The notes beneath the pieces were generated by a model that saw only the letters and a list, made by a program, of their open reading frames with translations, ran no database searches and had not been told where the DNA came from. From Kiritimatiellia bacterium (GTDB taxonomy: Bacteria; Verrucomicrobiota; Kiritimatiellia; RFP12; UBA3636), in the NCBI GenBank assembly GCA_017481725.1, contig JAFUOX010000051.1, positions 7,638 through 71,637 on the forward strand: a stretch of DNA of 64,000 bases, in the 5' to 3' direction. Made by a program: the position numbers and the translations under genes. Shown in pieces: positions 48,772-58,127 of this stretch. Positions within the stretch are counted from its first letter, which is position 1; every line of letters begins with the position of its first letter.

Positions 48772-49531
48772 TGATTTTTTCCTTTTTATTAGAGCTACGA
48801 TGCACGCATTGTAGTGCACAGCTAATTAGTTTTGGACCTATTATTCCTTCATCATAAGAGCCTTGTGGTAGAATAAATGTGATTGCAGCCACGACCTTAT
48901 GATTTGGGTCATACACGGGAGCAGACATTGCTGAGATTGGCCAGCCTGCGATTTTGGGTCTAAGGCAAAAGCCTCTTTTCTTTATTTGAGAAAAATACTC
49001 GTCAAATTCTTCACGCACTTCTTTTGTCACATTACATGCTGAATAGATTGCTTCGAGGTCAGAAGTTTTTTCCCCACATAGCAAGCAAGCACCTGATGTT
49101 CCTTCAGCAATTGTAAAGCCATAGCCTTCCTTGCCAGTTGTGATAAAAGGGCCAGGAGGTTCGGCACGAGCTAGAACATATTGTTCTAAACCATAGCGGA
49201 TTGAGAGTTTACAAGCGATATGTTCCTTTTCTGCAATATTTTTGATTATATCGCGAGCAGTATCTAGCTCTATCATTTCCTCATGCAGATTCATTGCAAT
49301 TGGAAGCAATCCAGAGGAAAGCTGATAGTAGCCATATCCTATGTCCGATTTCTCAATCCACTTGTGCATACAAAGTGTATTAATGATGCGATAGGTCGTG
49401 GTTTTTGAAATACCGAGCTTTTCTGCTAATTCATTTCTCGACATTCCATTAGGTGTTTGAGCTAGAATTTCAACTAATTCAATTGCTTTATATACAGCTG
49501 GGACTACATTTTTCATAACAAATTGGAGCAT
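48761..49531 (-). CDS. IclR family transcriptional regulator
   Basis: 256 aa. N-terminal wHTH ELAEKLGISKTTTYRIINTL plus a C-terminal IclR effector domain. Confidence 0.9.
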   Translation of the reverse strand: MLQFVMKNVVPAVYKAIELVEILAQTPNGMSRNELAEKLGISKTTTYRIINTLCMHKWIEKSDIGYGYYQLSSGLLPIAMNLHEEMIELDTARDIIKNIAEKEHIACKLSIRYGLEQYVLARAEPPGPFITTGKEGYGFTIAEGTSGACLLCGEKTSDLEAIYSACNVTKEVREEFDEYFSQIKKRGFCLRPKIAGWPISAMSAPVYDPNHKVVAAITFILPQGSYDEGIIGPKLISCALQCVHRSSNKKEKINEN

Positions 49532-49759
49532 GTTTAATACTATGTAGTATTTTAGACTTTAATGTTTATAGAAATCAACACAAAGCTCAAACAAAATATT
49601 CATTATTGCACAAATAAATTAAATTTTAAAAACAAATTTCATATTTGAAATATTATGGCGACACTTTCTGCCTGCACCACGTACACGGATTTGTCGCTTG
49701 TACTCCTGCCTGCGGTGAAACATGGAGATTGGGGAGAACGGAGACACGGAGAGGAGATT

Positions 49760-50164
49760 GGGGGAAATATTGGAGAAAGGGGCTTCAGCCCCTTTGCGTG
49801 CAGTAGCACGCTCTAAAAGTGCGAAGAAGGGACGCAGAGACGCAAAGGACGCAGAGGACGCTAAGCTGATGCACGTGGTGGCTAGAAGTGCATCGCCTCC
49901 TTATCTCAATAAACTCCTGTGCGAGCACACTAGTGGATGAGATTTGCACAATTGCTTCGAAAGATAAAGCAATGATAAAGGCAAACCTCACTCCGCTAGT
50001 GTTTTTTCGGCATCACTGCTCTGCGACCTCTGCGACCTCTGCGGCCTCTGCGTCTTTGCGTCCCTTCGGCGTCTCGTGCAACACGTGCGTCACATGCATC
50101 GCCGCCTCCTTATCTTAATAAGCTTCTAGGCGAGCACACTAGTAGGTGCGATTTGCACAAATCG
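49760..50164. repeat. G+C-rich composite intergenic repeat, copy 3 (inverted relative to the 37.5-38.1 kb copies; S module duplicated)
   Basis: 49760-49865 matches the reverse complement of 38005-38143. 49888-50101 matches the reverse complement of 37577-37765. The S module (GCATCGCC.CCTCCTTATCT.AATAA...GCGAGCACACTAGT.G.TG.GATTTGCACAA) occurs at 49888-49963 and again at 50095-50164. Confidence 0.8.
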
Positions 50165-50796
50165 ATAAAATATTCAAATATTTTTGAACCATCAACTGTA
50201 TCATTTCGGGCATGCTCACCACACATTCTTTCAGGGTGCCACTGAACCGCAATTATAGGAAGCTCTGTATGCTCTATCCCCTCCACAATTGTGCCATTCC
50301 CAGAAAGCATAGAAATCCTTAAATTTTTGCCCAATTTTTTTATTGCTTGATGATGAGAGCTGTTAATAAAAAAGCTTTCACCATATAGCTTTTGTGCCAC
50401 ACTACCCTTCTCTGCAACAACATTGTGTACAAGATCAACATTAGGAATTCCAGAGGAATGCTCTTCTGCCTTTTCTATATGCTGATATAAAGACCCACCA
50501 AAATAAATATTTATAAGCTGACAACCTCGGCATATTCCCAAAACAGGTTTTCCCGTCTCAACAAATGCTTTTAGAAGCTTATATTGTATAGCATCAAATT
50601 CGCTATTAATGTTTTTTGAACCATTTACCTGTTCACCATAATATAAAGGATCTATATCTGCTCCTCCGCAGAGAACAAGTGCATCATAGCTACTATCATA
50701 TTCCTCTGCAATAAACGCATCTCCACCTGCATTTTTAATTGCATTTATGTAGTTTTCAATCTTAAGAATACCTGAAACAAGAATTTTTGGATTCAT
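50110..50796 (-). CDS. Class I glutamine amidotransferase-like hydrolase (peptidase C26 / PuuD-like gamma-glutamyl hydrolase)
   Basis: Likely start is MNPKILVSG (the ORF extends to 50835). Nucleophile elbow GICRGCQLIN, plus HHQA and VQWHPE. The last ~15 codons lie inside repeat module S. Confidence 0.8.
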   Translation of the reverse strand: MNPKILVSGILKIENYINAIKNAGGDAFIAEEYDSSYDALVLCGGADIDPLYYGEQVNGSKNINSEFDAIQYKLLKAFVETGKPVLGICRGCQLINIYFGGSLYQHIEKAEEHSSGIPNVDLVHNVVAEKGSVAQKLYGESFFINSSHHQAIKKLGKNLRISMLSGNGTIVEGIEHTELPIIAVQWHPERMCGEHARNDTVDGSKIFEYFIDLCKSHLLVCSPRSLLR

Positions 50797-50894
50797 GACT
50801 AACTCTTTTATGTAAACAAAAGGTGTATGCCACACAAGCTTTCAAGCATACACCTACACAAATTATTAACTACTCCCTACAAATTCTTGACGAA

Positions 50895-51974
50895 TTATAG
50901 ATATTTCTCAATCAGCTTATTAATTTCAGCCAATGTATTTTCTGCCGTAATTGTAGGCAGATATTTATTAATATATGCCTTAAGTGCGTCCTTATTAATA
51001 GGCTTTGCTTGAGCAGAAACTCTACGCTCAAAATTCTTATAAAGAATATTTGCAGAGGCTTCTTCTGAGAGAGCTAAACCGGTTAATGGTTTATCATCGA
51101 AGGCAGAAACCACATCTGATGTCGCTATAAAACGATACAATCTATCCATGCACCAAATAGGGAAACGAGCAGGAAGAGGATGAGCACCATCTGTTCCCAC
51201 CAAAATTCTTTTACTATTCTTTTCAAAGAAATCGCGATAAAAATCATGCTTTGCCTCAAATGAGTTATACATTTCTGTTCCTGGCGTAATATCGACACAC
51301 AAATTTGGATATTTATCAAGCAAAGCCTGAAGCTTTTCTGGGGTATCACCACAGAAATAAAAATGAGCAAGAGTTATTGCTGCATTAGGGAAAGCTTCTA
51401 GCACTGCCTCTGCTTGTGAGTATAGCTCATCATGAGTAGCAAATGTTCCATCGCCATAAAACCAACCTATATTTTTATGCTCCTCAGAAACCTCATTAGG
51501 ATCCCAAAATGTCTCAGGATCATTTACATGAAAAACAATATGTGTGTTATCATTTTCCACCTCTGCATAAAAACGCATTAGCTCTGGATGGAGCAAATTT
51601 TTACCAATTCTTTTGTGATATGTAGGTTTACCCTCTAGCATTTTTATTCCATCAAATCCAATCTCCATTAGCTCTTTATACTGAGTAACATAATCAAAAC
51701 CTTCGTCAATTGTTTCAGGAATTTCTTTTGCAAAATGCTCCAAACACGCATGAACAAATACATCTGGATGAGCAAGCTTATAGAAGGCACACTGGATATT
51801 ATTAGCAGCAGAAGAAATTTCATTTGCATTCCCTGTTAAACAAGGTATTGCACAAATATTGTAATTAGCTATACCAGCTTCATTACGATACTTTTCAAAG
51901 GAATCAATAAAGCATCCTTCCTCTCCATAAAATGCTTCAATATGCAAATGACCATCTATTACTTTGTTTTTCAT
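50895..51974 (-). CDS. Metal-dependent amidohydrolase (TIM-barrel) family protein
   Basis: 359 aa. N-terminal VIDGHLHIE (HxH), with later His/Asp ligands (VFHVND, GTDGAHP). Confidence 0.7.
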   Translation of the reverse strand: MKNKVIDGHLHIEAFYGEEGCFIDSFEKYRNEAGIANYNICAIPCLTGNANEISSAANNIQCAFYKLAHPDVFVHACLEHFAKEIPETIDEGFDYVTQYKELMEIGFDGIKMLEGKPTYHKRIGKNLLHPELMRFYAEVENDNTHIVFHVNDPETFWDPNEVSEEHKNIGWFYGDGTFATHDELYSQAEAVLEAFPNAAITLAHFYFCGDTPEKLQALLDKYPNLCVDITPGTEMYNSFEAKHDFYRDFFEKNSKRILVGTDGAHPLPARFPIWCMDRLYRFIATSDVVSAFDDKPLTGLALSEEASANILYKNFERRVSAQAKPINKDALKAYINKYLPTITAENTLAEINKLIEKYL

Positions 51975-52007
51975 AAAGTTCCTATTGTACTAATTGTTAT
52001 AAAATAT

Positions 52008-52733
52008 TTATCCCTTGTTTTTATTATATTCAACGATTTCTTTTGCATGAGCAAATTCTTCTGCAGAGAGTGCTGGAGTATTTGTAAGTGGGTCTGCTAT
52101 ACCCAAAGACTCCCATTTACTTGCTCCAAGCTTATGATATTTAAGCAAGTCTAATTTTTCCACACAGCTATATTGCTTGGCAAGCTTACCTACCTCAATT
52201 AAGGATGCTTCGTCATAGGTAATTCCTGGCACAACAACGTGTCTTAACCACACACGCTTGCCTATACTTTCACAAAACTCAAGCGTTGCAAGTGCATTTT
52301 CATTCCCCTGCCCTGTTAGTTCCTTACAGGCAACTGAACAAGGTGATTTAATATCAAGCAAAAGCATATCAGCAAGCTCAATTGCTTTACTACTTTTATT
52401 TAATGGAATTGCACCAGATGTATCTATTGCTGTGTGGATTCCTGCATCACACAAAAGACCAAGCAGTGCCTCACAAAAACCAGCTTGCAATAAAGGCTCA
52501 CCGCCACTCAAAGTCACTCCACCTGTAGCAATATAACTTCGACAGCGCATTATCTTATCAAATACAGCACCTGCTGTATATTCCGTACCTCCATTGCTAG
52601 GCCAAGTATCAGGATTATGACAAAACTTACAATGCAAAGGACAACCCTGCAAAAAAACAACATAGCGGACTCCGGGACCATCTAGGGTCCCGAAGCTCTC
52701 AAATGAATGTATGCGACCCTTACAGCTTCTCAT
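52008..52733 (-). CDS. pflA: Pyruvate formate-lyase activating enzyme (radical SAM)
   Basis: Motifs [15 protein letters not shown] (CxxxCxxC) and [13 protein letters not shown]. The likely start Met at 52733 overlaps the pflB end. Confidence 0.9.
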   Translation of the reverse strand: MRSCKGRIHSFESFGTLDGPGVRYVVFLQGCPLHCKFCHNPDTWPSNGGTEYTAGAVFDKIMRCRSYIATGGVTLSGGEPLLQAGFCEALLGLLCDAGIHTAIDTSGAIPLNKSSKAIELADMLLLDIKSPCSVACKELTGQGNENALATLEFCESIGKRVWLRHVVVPGITYDEASLIEVGKLAKQYSCVEKLDLLKYHKLGASKWESLGIADPLTNTPALSAEEFAHAKEIVEYNKNKG

Positions 52734-54963
52734 GGAAGGTACGACTAATAACATCCATCTGCTGCTCGCGAGTTAGCTTAACAAAGTTAACTGCATAGCC
52801 AGATACACGAATTGTCAGCTGAGGATACTTTTCAGGGTAATCCATCGCATCGAGGAGCACATTGCGGTCAAGCACATTTACATTCAAATGATGTGCACGA
52901 TCCCCAAAATAGCCATCCATTAAAGCAATTAGATTTGCTCTCTGCTCTGCCAAATTTGCACCGAGTGACTCTGGAACAATTGAGAATGTATTTGAAATAC
53001 CATCCTCTGCACAATGATATGGAAGTTTTGATACAGAGCGAAGTGATGCAACAGCACCATTTGTATCGCGGCCATGCATTGGGTTTGCTCCTGGAGCAAA
53101 TGGCTCACCTGCCATACGTCCATCTGGTGTAGATGCAGTCTTCTTTCCGTACATTACATTTGATGTAATTGTGAGAATTGAAATTGTTGGTTTTGCCCCT
53201 CGATATGCATGATGCTTAGCAAACTTCTTATAGAAGCTACGAACCACATCAACAGCAATCTGATCAACACGATCATCGTCGTTACCAAACTTAGGGAAAT
53301 CTCCCTCTATCTTAAACTCTACTGCCAAACCGGACTCATTGCAAATTGGTGTAACCTTTGCATACTTAATTGCAGAAAGACTATCTACAAGCACAGATAA
53401 ACCAGCTATACCACCGGCCATTGTACGCAAAATCTTATCATCGTGCAATGCCATCTCTATACGCTCATAGCAATATTTATCATGCATATAGTGGATGATA
53501 TTCAATGTATCCATGTAAAGCTTTGCTAGCCACTCTGTAACTTTCTCAAAGTTAACCATAACTTCAACAAAGTCAAGTGGGCGCTTATCATCACTCAACA
53601 CACGTAGCTCTGGACCGACTTGCTTGTTATCCAGCTTTACATCCATACCACCATTGATGGCATAGAGAAGAGTTTTTGCAAGATTTACGCGGGCACCAAA
53701 GAACTGCATCTGCTTACCAATACGCATTGCTGAAACACAGCAAGCAATACCATAATCATCGCCAAATAGTGAACGCATCAAATCATCATTCTCATACTGA
53801 ATTGATGAGGTCTTAATTGACATCTCTGCACAAAAGCGCTTAAAGCCCTCAGGCAAGCGTTGACTCCAAAGCACTGTTAGATTTGGTTCTGGAGCAGGGC
53901 CAAGATTACGAAGTGTATGTAAGAAACGGAAGCTCATCTTTGTGACTAGAGGGCGTCCATCCACGCTCATACCACCGATTGACTCCGTTACCCATGTTGG
54001 ATCACCAGAGAATAGTTCATCATAAGCAGGCACACGCAAGAAGCGAACAATACGTAGCTTCATAATGAAGTGGTCAACAATTTCCTGCACCTCGCTCTCT
54101 GTAATTATGCCCTTTCTTAAATCATTTTCTGCAAAGCAATCAAGGAAGGTTGAGATACGCCCAATTGACATTGCTGCACCATTCTGCTCCTTAACAGCAG
54201 CAAGGTATCCAAGATATAGCCACTGAACCGCTTCCTTAAAGTTCTGTGCTGGACGTGTTACATCAAAACCATAACTAGCAGCCATCTCCTCAAATTCATG
54301 AAGAGCCTTAATCTGCTCAGCTGTTTCCTCACGCTTCTGGATTAGACCGCTGTCCATAACATCGCGAATCATCTCATCCTTAGCATGCTTCTTCTGCTCA
54401 ATCAAAAATGCTGTGCCATATAGTGCAACACGGCGGTAGTCACCAATGATTCGACCACGACCATAAGCATCTGGCAAACCAGTGATAATGCCCGCATGGC
54501 GAGCTAGCTTCATCTCATCTGTGTAAGCATCAAATACACCATCATTATGTGTCTTACGATATTTGAAGACATTGTCGATATCAGCTGGGAGCTCACGCTC
54601 ATAAGTTGCAAGCTGTGTCTTAACAAGTCGAATACCACCAAATGGCATAATTGCACGCTTCAATGGAGCATCTGTCTGTAGACCTACAATTTGCTCTAAA
54701 TCTTTGTTGATGTAGCCTGGCTTATGAGAGTTAATTGTTGAAATTGTATTCTCATCAATATCTAGCACATGCCCCTTAGCAACTCTCTCCTCTTCCATCT
54801 TTTCCTTAAGCTCAGCCCAAAGCTGCTTTGTACGCTCTGTTGGTGGAGTTAAGAAACTATCATCACCATAGTATGGAGAGAAATTACGAAGAATAAAATC
54901 ACGAACATCTATTACTCGATTCCAAGCACCTGAATTAAAATCATCATTATAAATTTCCATCAT
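52720..54963 (-). CDS. pflB: Formate C-acetyltransferase (pyruvate formate-lyase)
   Basis: 747 aa. Active-site GIACCVSA and glycyl-radical motif [11 protein letters not shown]. Confidence 0.95.
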   Translation of the reverse strand: MMEIYNDDFNSGAWNRVIDVRDFILRNFSPYYGDDSFLTPPTERTKQLWAELKEKMEEERVAKGHVLDIDENTISTINSHKPGYINKDLEQIVGLQTDAPLKRAIMPFGGIRLVKTQLATYERELPADIDNVFKYRKTHNDGVFDAYTDEMKLARHAGIITGLPDAYGRGRIIGDYRRVALYGTAFLIEQKKHAKDEMIRDVMDSGLIQKREETAEQIKALHEFEEMAASYGFDVTRPAQNFKEAVQWLYLGYLAAVKEQNGAAMSIGRISTFLDCFAENDLRKGIITESEVQEIVDHFIMKLRIVRFLRVPAYDELFSGDPTWVTESIGGMSVDGRPLVTKMSFRFLHTLRNLGPAPEPNLTVLWSQRLPEGFKRFCAEMSIKTSSIQYENDDLMRSLFGDDYGIACCVSAMRIGKQMQFFGARVNLAKTLLYAINGGMDVKLDNKQVGPELRVLSDDKRPLDFVEVMVNFEKVTEWLAKLYMDTLNIIHYMHDKYCYERIEMALHDDKILRTMAGGIAGLSVLVDSLSAIKYAKVTPICNESGLAVEFKIEGDFPKFGNDDDRVDQIAVDVVRSFYKKFAKHHAYRGAKPTISILTITSNVMYGKKTASTPDGRMAGEPFAPGANPMHGRDTNGAVASLRSVSKLPYHCAEDGISNTFSIVPESLGANLAEQRANLIALMDGYFGDRAHHLNVNVLDRNVLLDAMDYPEKYPQLTIRVSGYAVNFVKLTREQQMDVISRTFHEKL

Positions 54964-55244
54964 AAATCACCTCATTTTCTCAAAAAAATTTGGTAAAAAA
55001 AGCCCACCTACTTAAGCAGGCACTAAGAGATATATTTGTTTTTTAAATTATCCTATTTTTACGGATAAAAAGCAATAAAAATATTTCTCTTTTTTACTTT
55101 AGTAAAAAGGCGAAAAAACAAGACAAAATAACATAAATTAAAATAGGGACAGAACTAAGGCTTTTCTCAAAATTTGGAAATAAAAAAAGCCACTTGACTA
55201 TCGTATTTACACATAGTTAAATGGCATTGATAATAAAATCAAAA

Positions 55245-55320
55245 TGGTGGGCCTCCAGGGATTTGAACCCCGGACCAAGGGATTATGAGTCCCCTGCTCT
55301 GACCACTGAGCTAGAGGCCC
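55245..55320 (-). tRNA. tRNA with CAT anticodon: elongator Met or, given its resemblance to ileX-type sequences, Ile2 (lysidine)
   Basis: Minus strand reads GGGCCTC-TA-GCTC-AGTGGTCA-GAGC-A-GGGGA-CTCATAA-TCCCT-TGGTC-CGGGG-TTCAAAT-CCCTG-GAGGCCC-A-CCA. It is not initiator-like (G1-C72 pair, A31-T39). Confidence 0.9.
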
Positions 55321-55331
55321 GTATAAAAAAA

Positions 55332-55385
55332 TGGCGGAAGAGCCAAGTTTCGAACCATCGGACATCCGTTTACCTCAACAGGACA
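55332..55385 (-). pseudogene. tRNA 3'-end relic (T-loop-like + acceptor 3' strand + GCCA), not a complete tRNA
   Basis: Minus strand reads ...CCGATGGTTCGAAACTTGGCTCTTCCGCCA. There is no complementary 5' acceptor strand (GGAAGAG) upstream, and the T-stem does not pair. Confidence 0.35.
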
Positions 55386-55631
55386 AAATTTATGATAGGC
55401 GAACTTGAAATCTGCTATTCTCTACTCTTATAGAGAACGCGGCTATTACATCATACTTCATAATTTTTGCTTTGATTCTCTATTCCTCTCCACAATATCG
55501 CTTCTTTTTCTCTATTTGTAATCTTTAGTTGGTTTTATCCTATTACGGTTTTCACTCTTCTATTTAAACCAATATTACCCTTACATTTTACACGGTTTTC
55601 AATGCCGCAAAGTTTACCCCATCAGTCTCAA

Positions 55632-55985
55632 TCAGCCAAATCGTTTTCGCAATTCCAACTCAGTAAGTATAATCTGGGGTATTACAACGATGAGAGGCAA
55701 CAGCAATGTTACGCAGATATCATACAGCATCAAATAGTCAGAATTAATGCAAAGGCTATTTCGAAACAAGTGGGCGGCGGCCGCTACGATCAAAGCCGCC
55801 AAACCAAATATCGTCATCAATTTTGCGCTATACCTCTGTGCAAAATCCCAAGCCTCCTGGCTCTTGCACGAACGTGTAGTACGATAAAATCCATAGAGTC
55901 TATTGATCTTTTTCGGCGGATACATCCAAAATACAACTCCCACCACCGTCAAAATCAAAGCGCTGATATAATATGTATACGCCAC
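55632..55985 (-). CDS. SdpI/YhfL family small membrane protein
   Basis: 117 aa, 3-4 TM. Motif NRLYGFYRTTRSCKSQEAWDFAQRY, typical of the SdpI family. Confidence 0.7.
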   Translation of the reverse strand: MAYTYYISALILTVVGVVFWMYPPKKINRLYGFYRTTRSCKSQEAWDFAQRYSAKLMTIFGLAALIVAAAAHLFRNSLCINSDYLMLYDICVTLLLPLIVVIPQIILTELELRKRFG

Positions 55986-56007
55986 TATTAACCTCCCTAG
56001 TTTCGAC

Positions 56008-56841
56008 TTAATCCATCGCTGCTACAATCTTACAAATCAATTCGTTCGCCCATGTGACGGCCTCGGCGGCGCTCGGCAAGACGTCACCATTGTCGAGAAG
56101 ATTGTTTCTCGCCTGCACATAGAGATCTTCCCATGAAGGCAACGCTGTCACTACCGCCGGCCATGATTGCCGCCGGCGATAGTCGAAGAGCCGCTGACAA
56201 ACGTCTTTCACCTCGGCATAGTCGATTTGGGACCGATTGCAAATGAGCTGCAGATCGATAAGATCATGCGCCCGTTCGCTCCCCGGTTCGGAAACGGCGT
56301 GAAGCTTCTGCGCAATCTGGTAGGCAAGCTTCATAACCGGAAGCGGCTTGGGTTGCGGGAACGAGAGTTTCTCAAACACATCAGCAAGGTCAGAAGGTAA
56401 CGATGTTTCAAACTCATCCGCATCGCCAATCTCATTGTGCCCGATTTCGATGCGAATTGTCTGCCACGGACGCCCGTAATAATTGAGTTTGATGTCGTAA
56501 GGCATCATCACATAAGCGCTCGGTACGCCCACAGGTTGCGGTGGCTCAACAGCTACAAGCCTTCCAGTAAAACCGTTCCAACCATGTGATAGTGCCTCAT
56601 TTAACTGTTTAAGATATGATTCAAGCTCCATAACCCGCGCCGTGTCAATATCGCGTGTATAGCGTGAACCATATCGGCCATAACGAAACAATAGCGAGCT
56701 GCCGCCTTTAACCACTCCATCTGGCAACATTTGCGCAACAATAACATTGGCTATCGCGCGAGATAGATGCACAGGATCCTGTCCAACGGACAATGTCCCA
56801 ATAGCCTTAATCAGATTGACACACGTAAGAGGACGTTTCAT
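56008..56841 (-). CDS. Nucleotidyltransferase AbiEii/AbiGii-family toxin (type IV TA / abortive infection)
   Basis: 277 aa. Motif VKGGSSLLFRYGRYGSRYTRDIDTAR (GG...R.T.DID NTase). Overlaps the upstream antitoxin gene by 4 nt (ATGA). Confidence 0.85.
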   Translation of the reverse strand: MKRPLTCVNLIKAIGTLSVGQDPVHLSRAIANVIVAQMLPDGVVKGGSSLLFRYGRYGSRYTRDIDTARVMELESYLKQLNEALSHGWNGFTGRLVAVEPPQPVGVPSAYVMMPYDIKLNYYGRPWQTIRIEIGHNEIGDADEFETSLPSDLADVFEKLSFPQPKPLPVMKLAYQIAQKLHAVSEPGSERAHDLIDLQLICNRSQIDYAEVKDVCQRLFDYRRRQSWPAVVTALPSWEDLYVQARNNLLDNGDVLPSAAEAVTWANELICKIVAAMD

Positions 56842-57368
56842 ACAGAAAACTCCTTCTTTAAGGCTTCATACTCAAAGACATCCAACAATCCTTTCGTTCC
56901 TGCCTCATGCACTGCCGACACAAGGCGTTCAGTCAGGATCTTGCCCCTCGACAGACGGATAACCTCTGACAACTTCTGGCAAGGTATTCCATTAAAATTA
57001 TCTTCGGTCATTTCAGATGTTGCTTTTTCGGTCTCAATCCAATCCGGTAACTCCTTGCGAAGCCGACGTCTGACAGCAACATGTACACGTACTGGATTGA
57101 CCAATGCTAAATTATGCATTGCCAATACACTCTCGCCGCAAATCATCGCCGTATCCCCCACTAAAGCAACGGCCTCTGCATATGTGTCATATTCCGTCGG
57201 TAAATAATGGGCTATCCGATAAACTCCTCGACCACGTTTTTCAAGCCGCCCGCTCTTGACCCACTCAAGAACATCCTTTAGATGGATGCCAAGCTCGTCA
57301 ATCGTCTTAGCCGTTACCAAACCATAATTAGAGACGGCAACTTCATATAATTCGTCATACTTCTTCAT
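56838..57368 (-). CDS. AbiEi-family antitoxin / transcriptional regulator
   Basis: 176 aa. N-terminal wHTH pattern GLVTAKTIDELGIHLKDVLEWVKSGRLEKRGRGVYRI. Sits upstream of, and is translationally coupled to, the AbiEii gene. Confidence 0.8.
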   Translation of the reverse strand: MKKYDELYEVAVSNYGLVTAKTIDELGIHLKDVLEWVKSGRLEKRGRGVYRIAHYLPTEYDTYAEAVALVGDTAMICGESVLAMHNLALVNPVRVHVAVRRRLRKELPDWIETEKATSEMTEDNFNGIPCQKLSEVIRLSRGKILTERLVSAVHEAGTKGLLDVFEYEALKKEFSV

Positions 57369-57378
57369 GTCATTTTAT

Positions 57379-57469
57379 TACCTATTTGGGTAATGTTTTG
57401 GTTTATAATATATCATAAATCTTCGTAATCGGCAACCCCTTGTATCAAATTATTACCTATAAAGGGTAT
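57379..57469 (-). promoter_or_regulatory. Candidate abiE promoter/operator: two TTACC-N6/7-GGTA(A) inverted repeats embedded in an ATTATTACCTAT direct repeat
   Basis: ttattacctatttgggtaa at 57376-57394 and ttattacctataaagggta at 57450-57469, about 74 bp apart, directly upstream of the abiEi start. Confidence 0.3.
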
Positions 57470-57476
57470 ATTTTGA

Positions 57477-57635
57477 CTATTGACAACAACCAAAGAGAAA
57501 ATAATTGTCCTTCAAAATAATACGACTATCTATAATTGTCAAAACAACAATAGTTCCAAAATAGAAATACATACAGACTATTGCGAGCAATAAAACTCCT
57601 CCAAAAATAGAAAAAATTTTAAATTTCAGTTTCAT
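57477..57635 (-). CDS. Possible 52-aa single-TM peptide
   Basis: My own translation: MKLKFKIFSIFGGVLLLAIVCMYFYFGTIVVLTIIDSRIILKDNYFLFGCCQ. No clear SD sequence. Below the ORF-track length cutoff. Confidence 0.3.
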   Translation of the reverse strand: MKLKFKIFSIFGGVLLLAIVCMYFYFGTIVVLTIIDSRIILKDNYFLFGCCQ

Positions 57636-57691
57636 ATCTAATTTTCTATTTTATATATATACATATATATGAACAATAAACTGGAATACTA

Positions 57692-58024
57692 TTATTCTTC
57701 TTGTATGATTGTTATTGTATACTCACCGAAATTTGGCATCCCTCTCATTAACCAAACATCATACTTAACATAAAGATTAAAACAATCAGAAATAAAAATT
57801 AAAACTAAACAAATAATGGACAATAGAAAAAGAGTCTTTGATCCTTTAAATAAGAGAATATTAGTTATCCCTAAAATCATAGAAATTAAAGTAGGTATAA
57901 GATAACTATAAAAACCACCCCCATGATTACTTGGGTAACTCCACCAAATTTCAAATACCATATCTACTAAAATTATAGACATTATTATTATAAATAACTT
58001 TTCGATTTTTTTTATAATATTCAT
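57692..58024 (-). CDS. Small 3-TM membrane protein, paralog of 58128-58496 (candidate immunity protein)
   Basis: 110 aa. SD AGGAAAT precedes the ATG. Shares the motifs P.NH..G.F and Y(D/E)VW..RGMP..G.Y with the neighbouring ORF. Confidence 0.6.
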   Translation of the reverse strand: MNIIKKIEKLFIIIMSIILVDMVFEIWWSYPSNHGGGFYSYLIPTLISMILGITNILLFKGSKTLFLLSIICLVLIFISDCFNLYVKYDVWLMRGMPNFGEYTITIIQEE

Positions 58025-58127
58025 TTTTTATTTCCTATTGAGGATGCTCCTCGCATGGTTCTCTAGCTCTCCCCAAGTTATATCACCTATACAAAAACCT
58101 TGCGGTATTAGGGTTATTCATTCATGA

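Noticed and set aside
55332-55440. A complete second tRNA (the CTCTTCCGCCA end recalls selC/Ser-type tRNAs, and a TCA triplet occurs upstream)
   Set aside because: No 5' acceptor strand complementary to CTCTTCC. The T-stem (GATGG/CTTGG) and the putative anticodon stem do not pair. It is interpreted as a 3' relic only.
55602-57207. Plus-strand ORFs of 129, 77, 71 and 146 aa
   Set aside because: They are antisense to the SdpI, AbiEii and AbiEi genes, which have clear family motifs. These are typical shadow ORFs in a G+C-richer segment.
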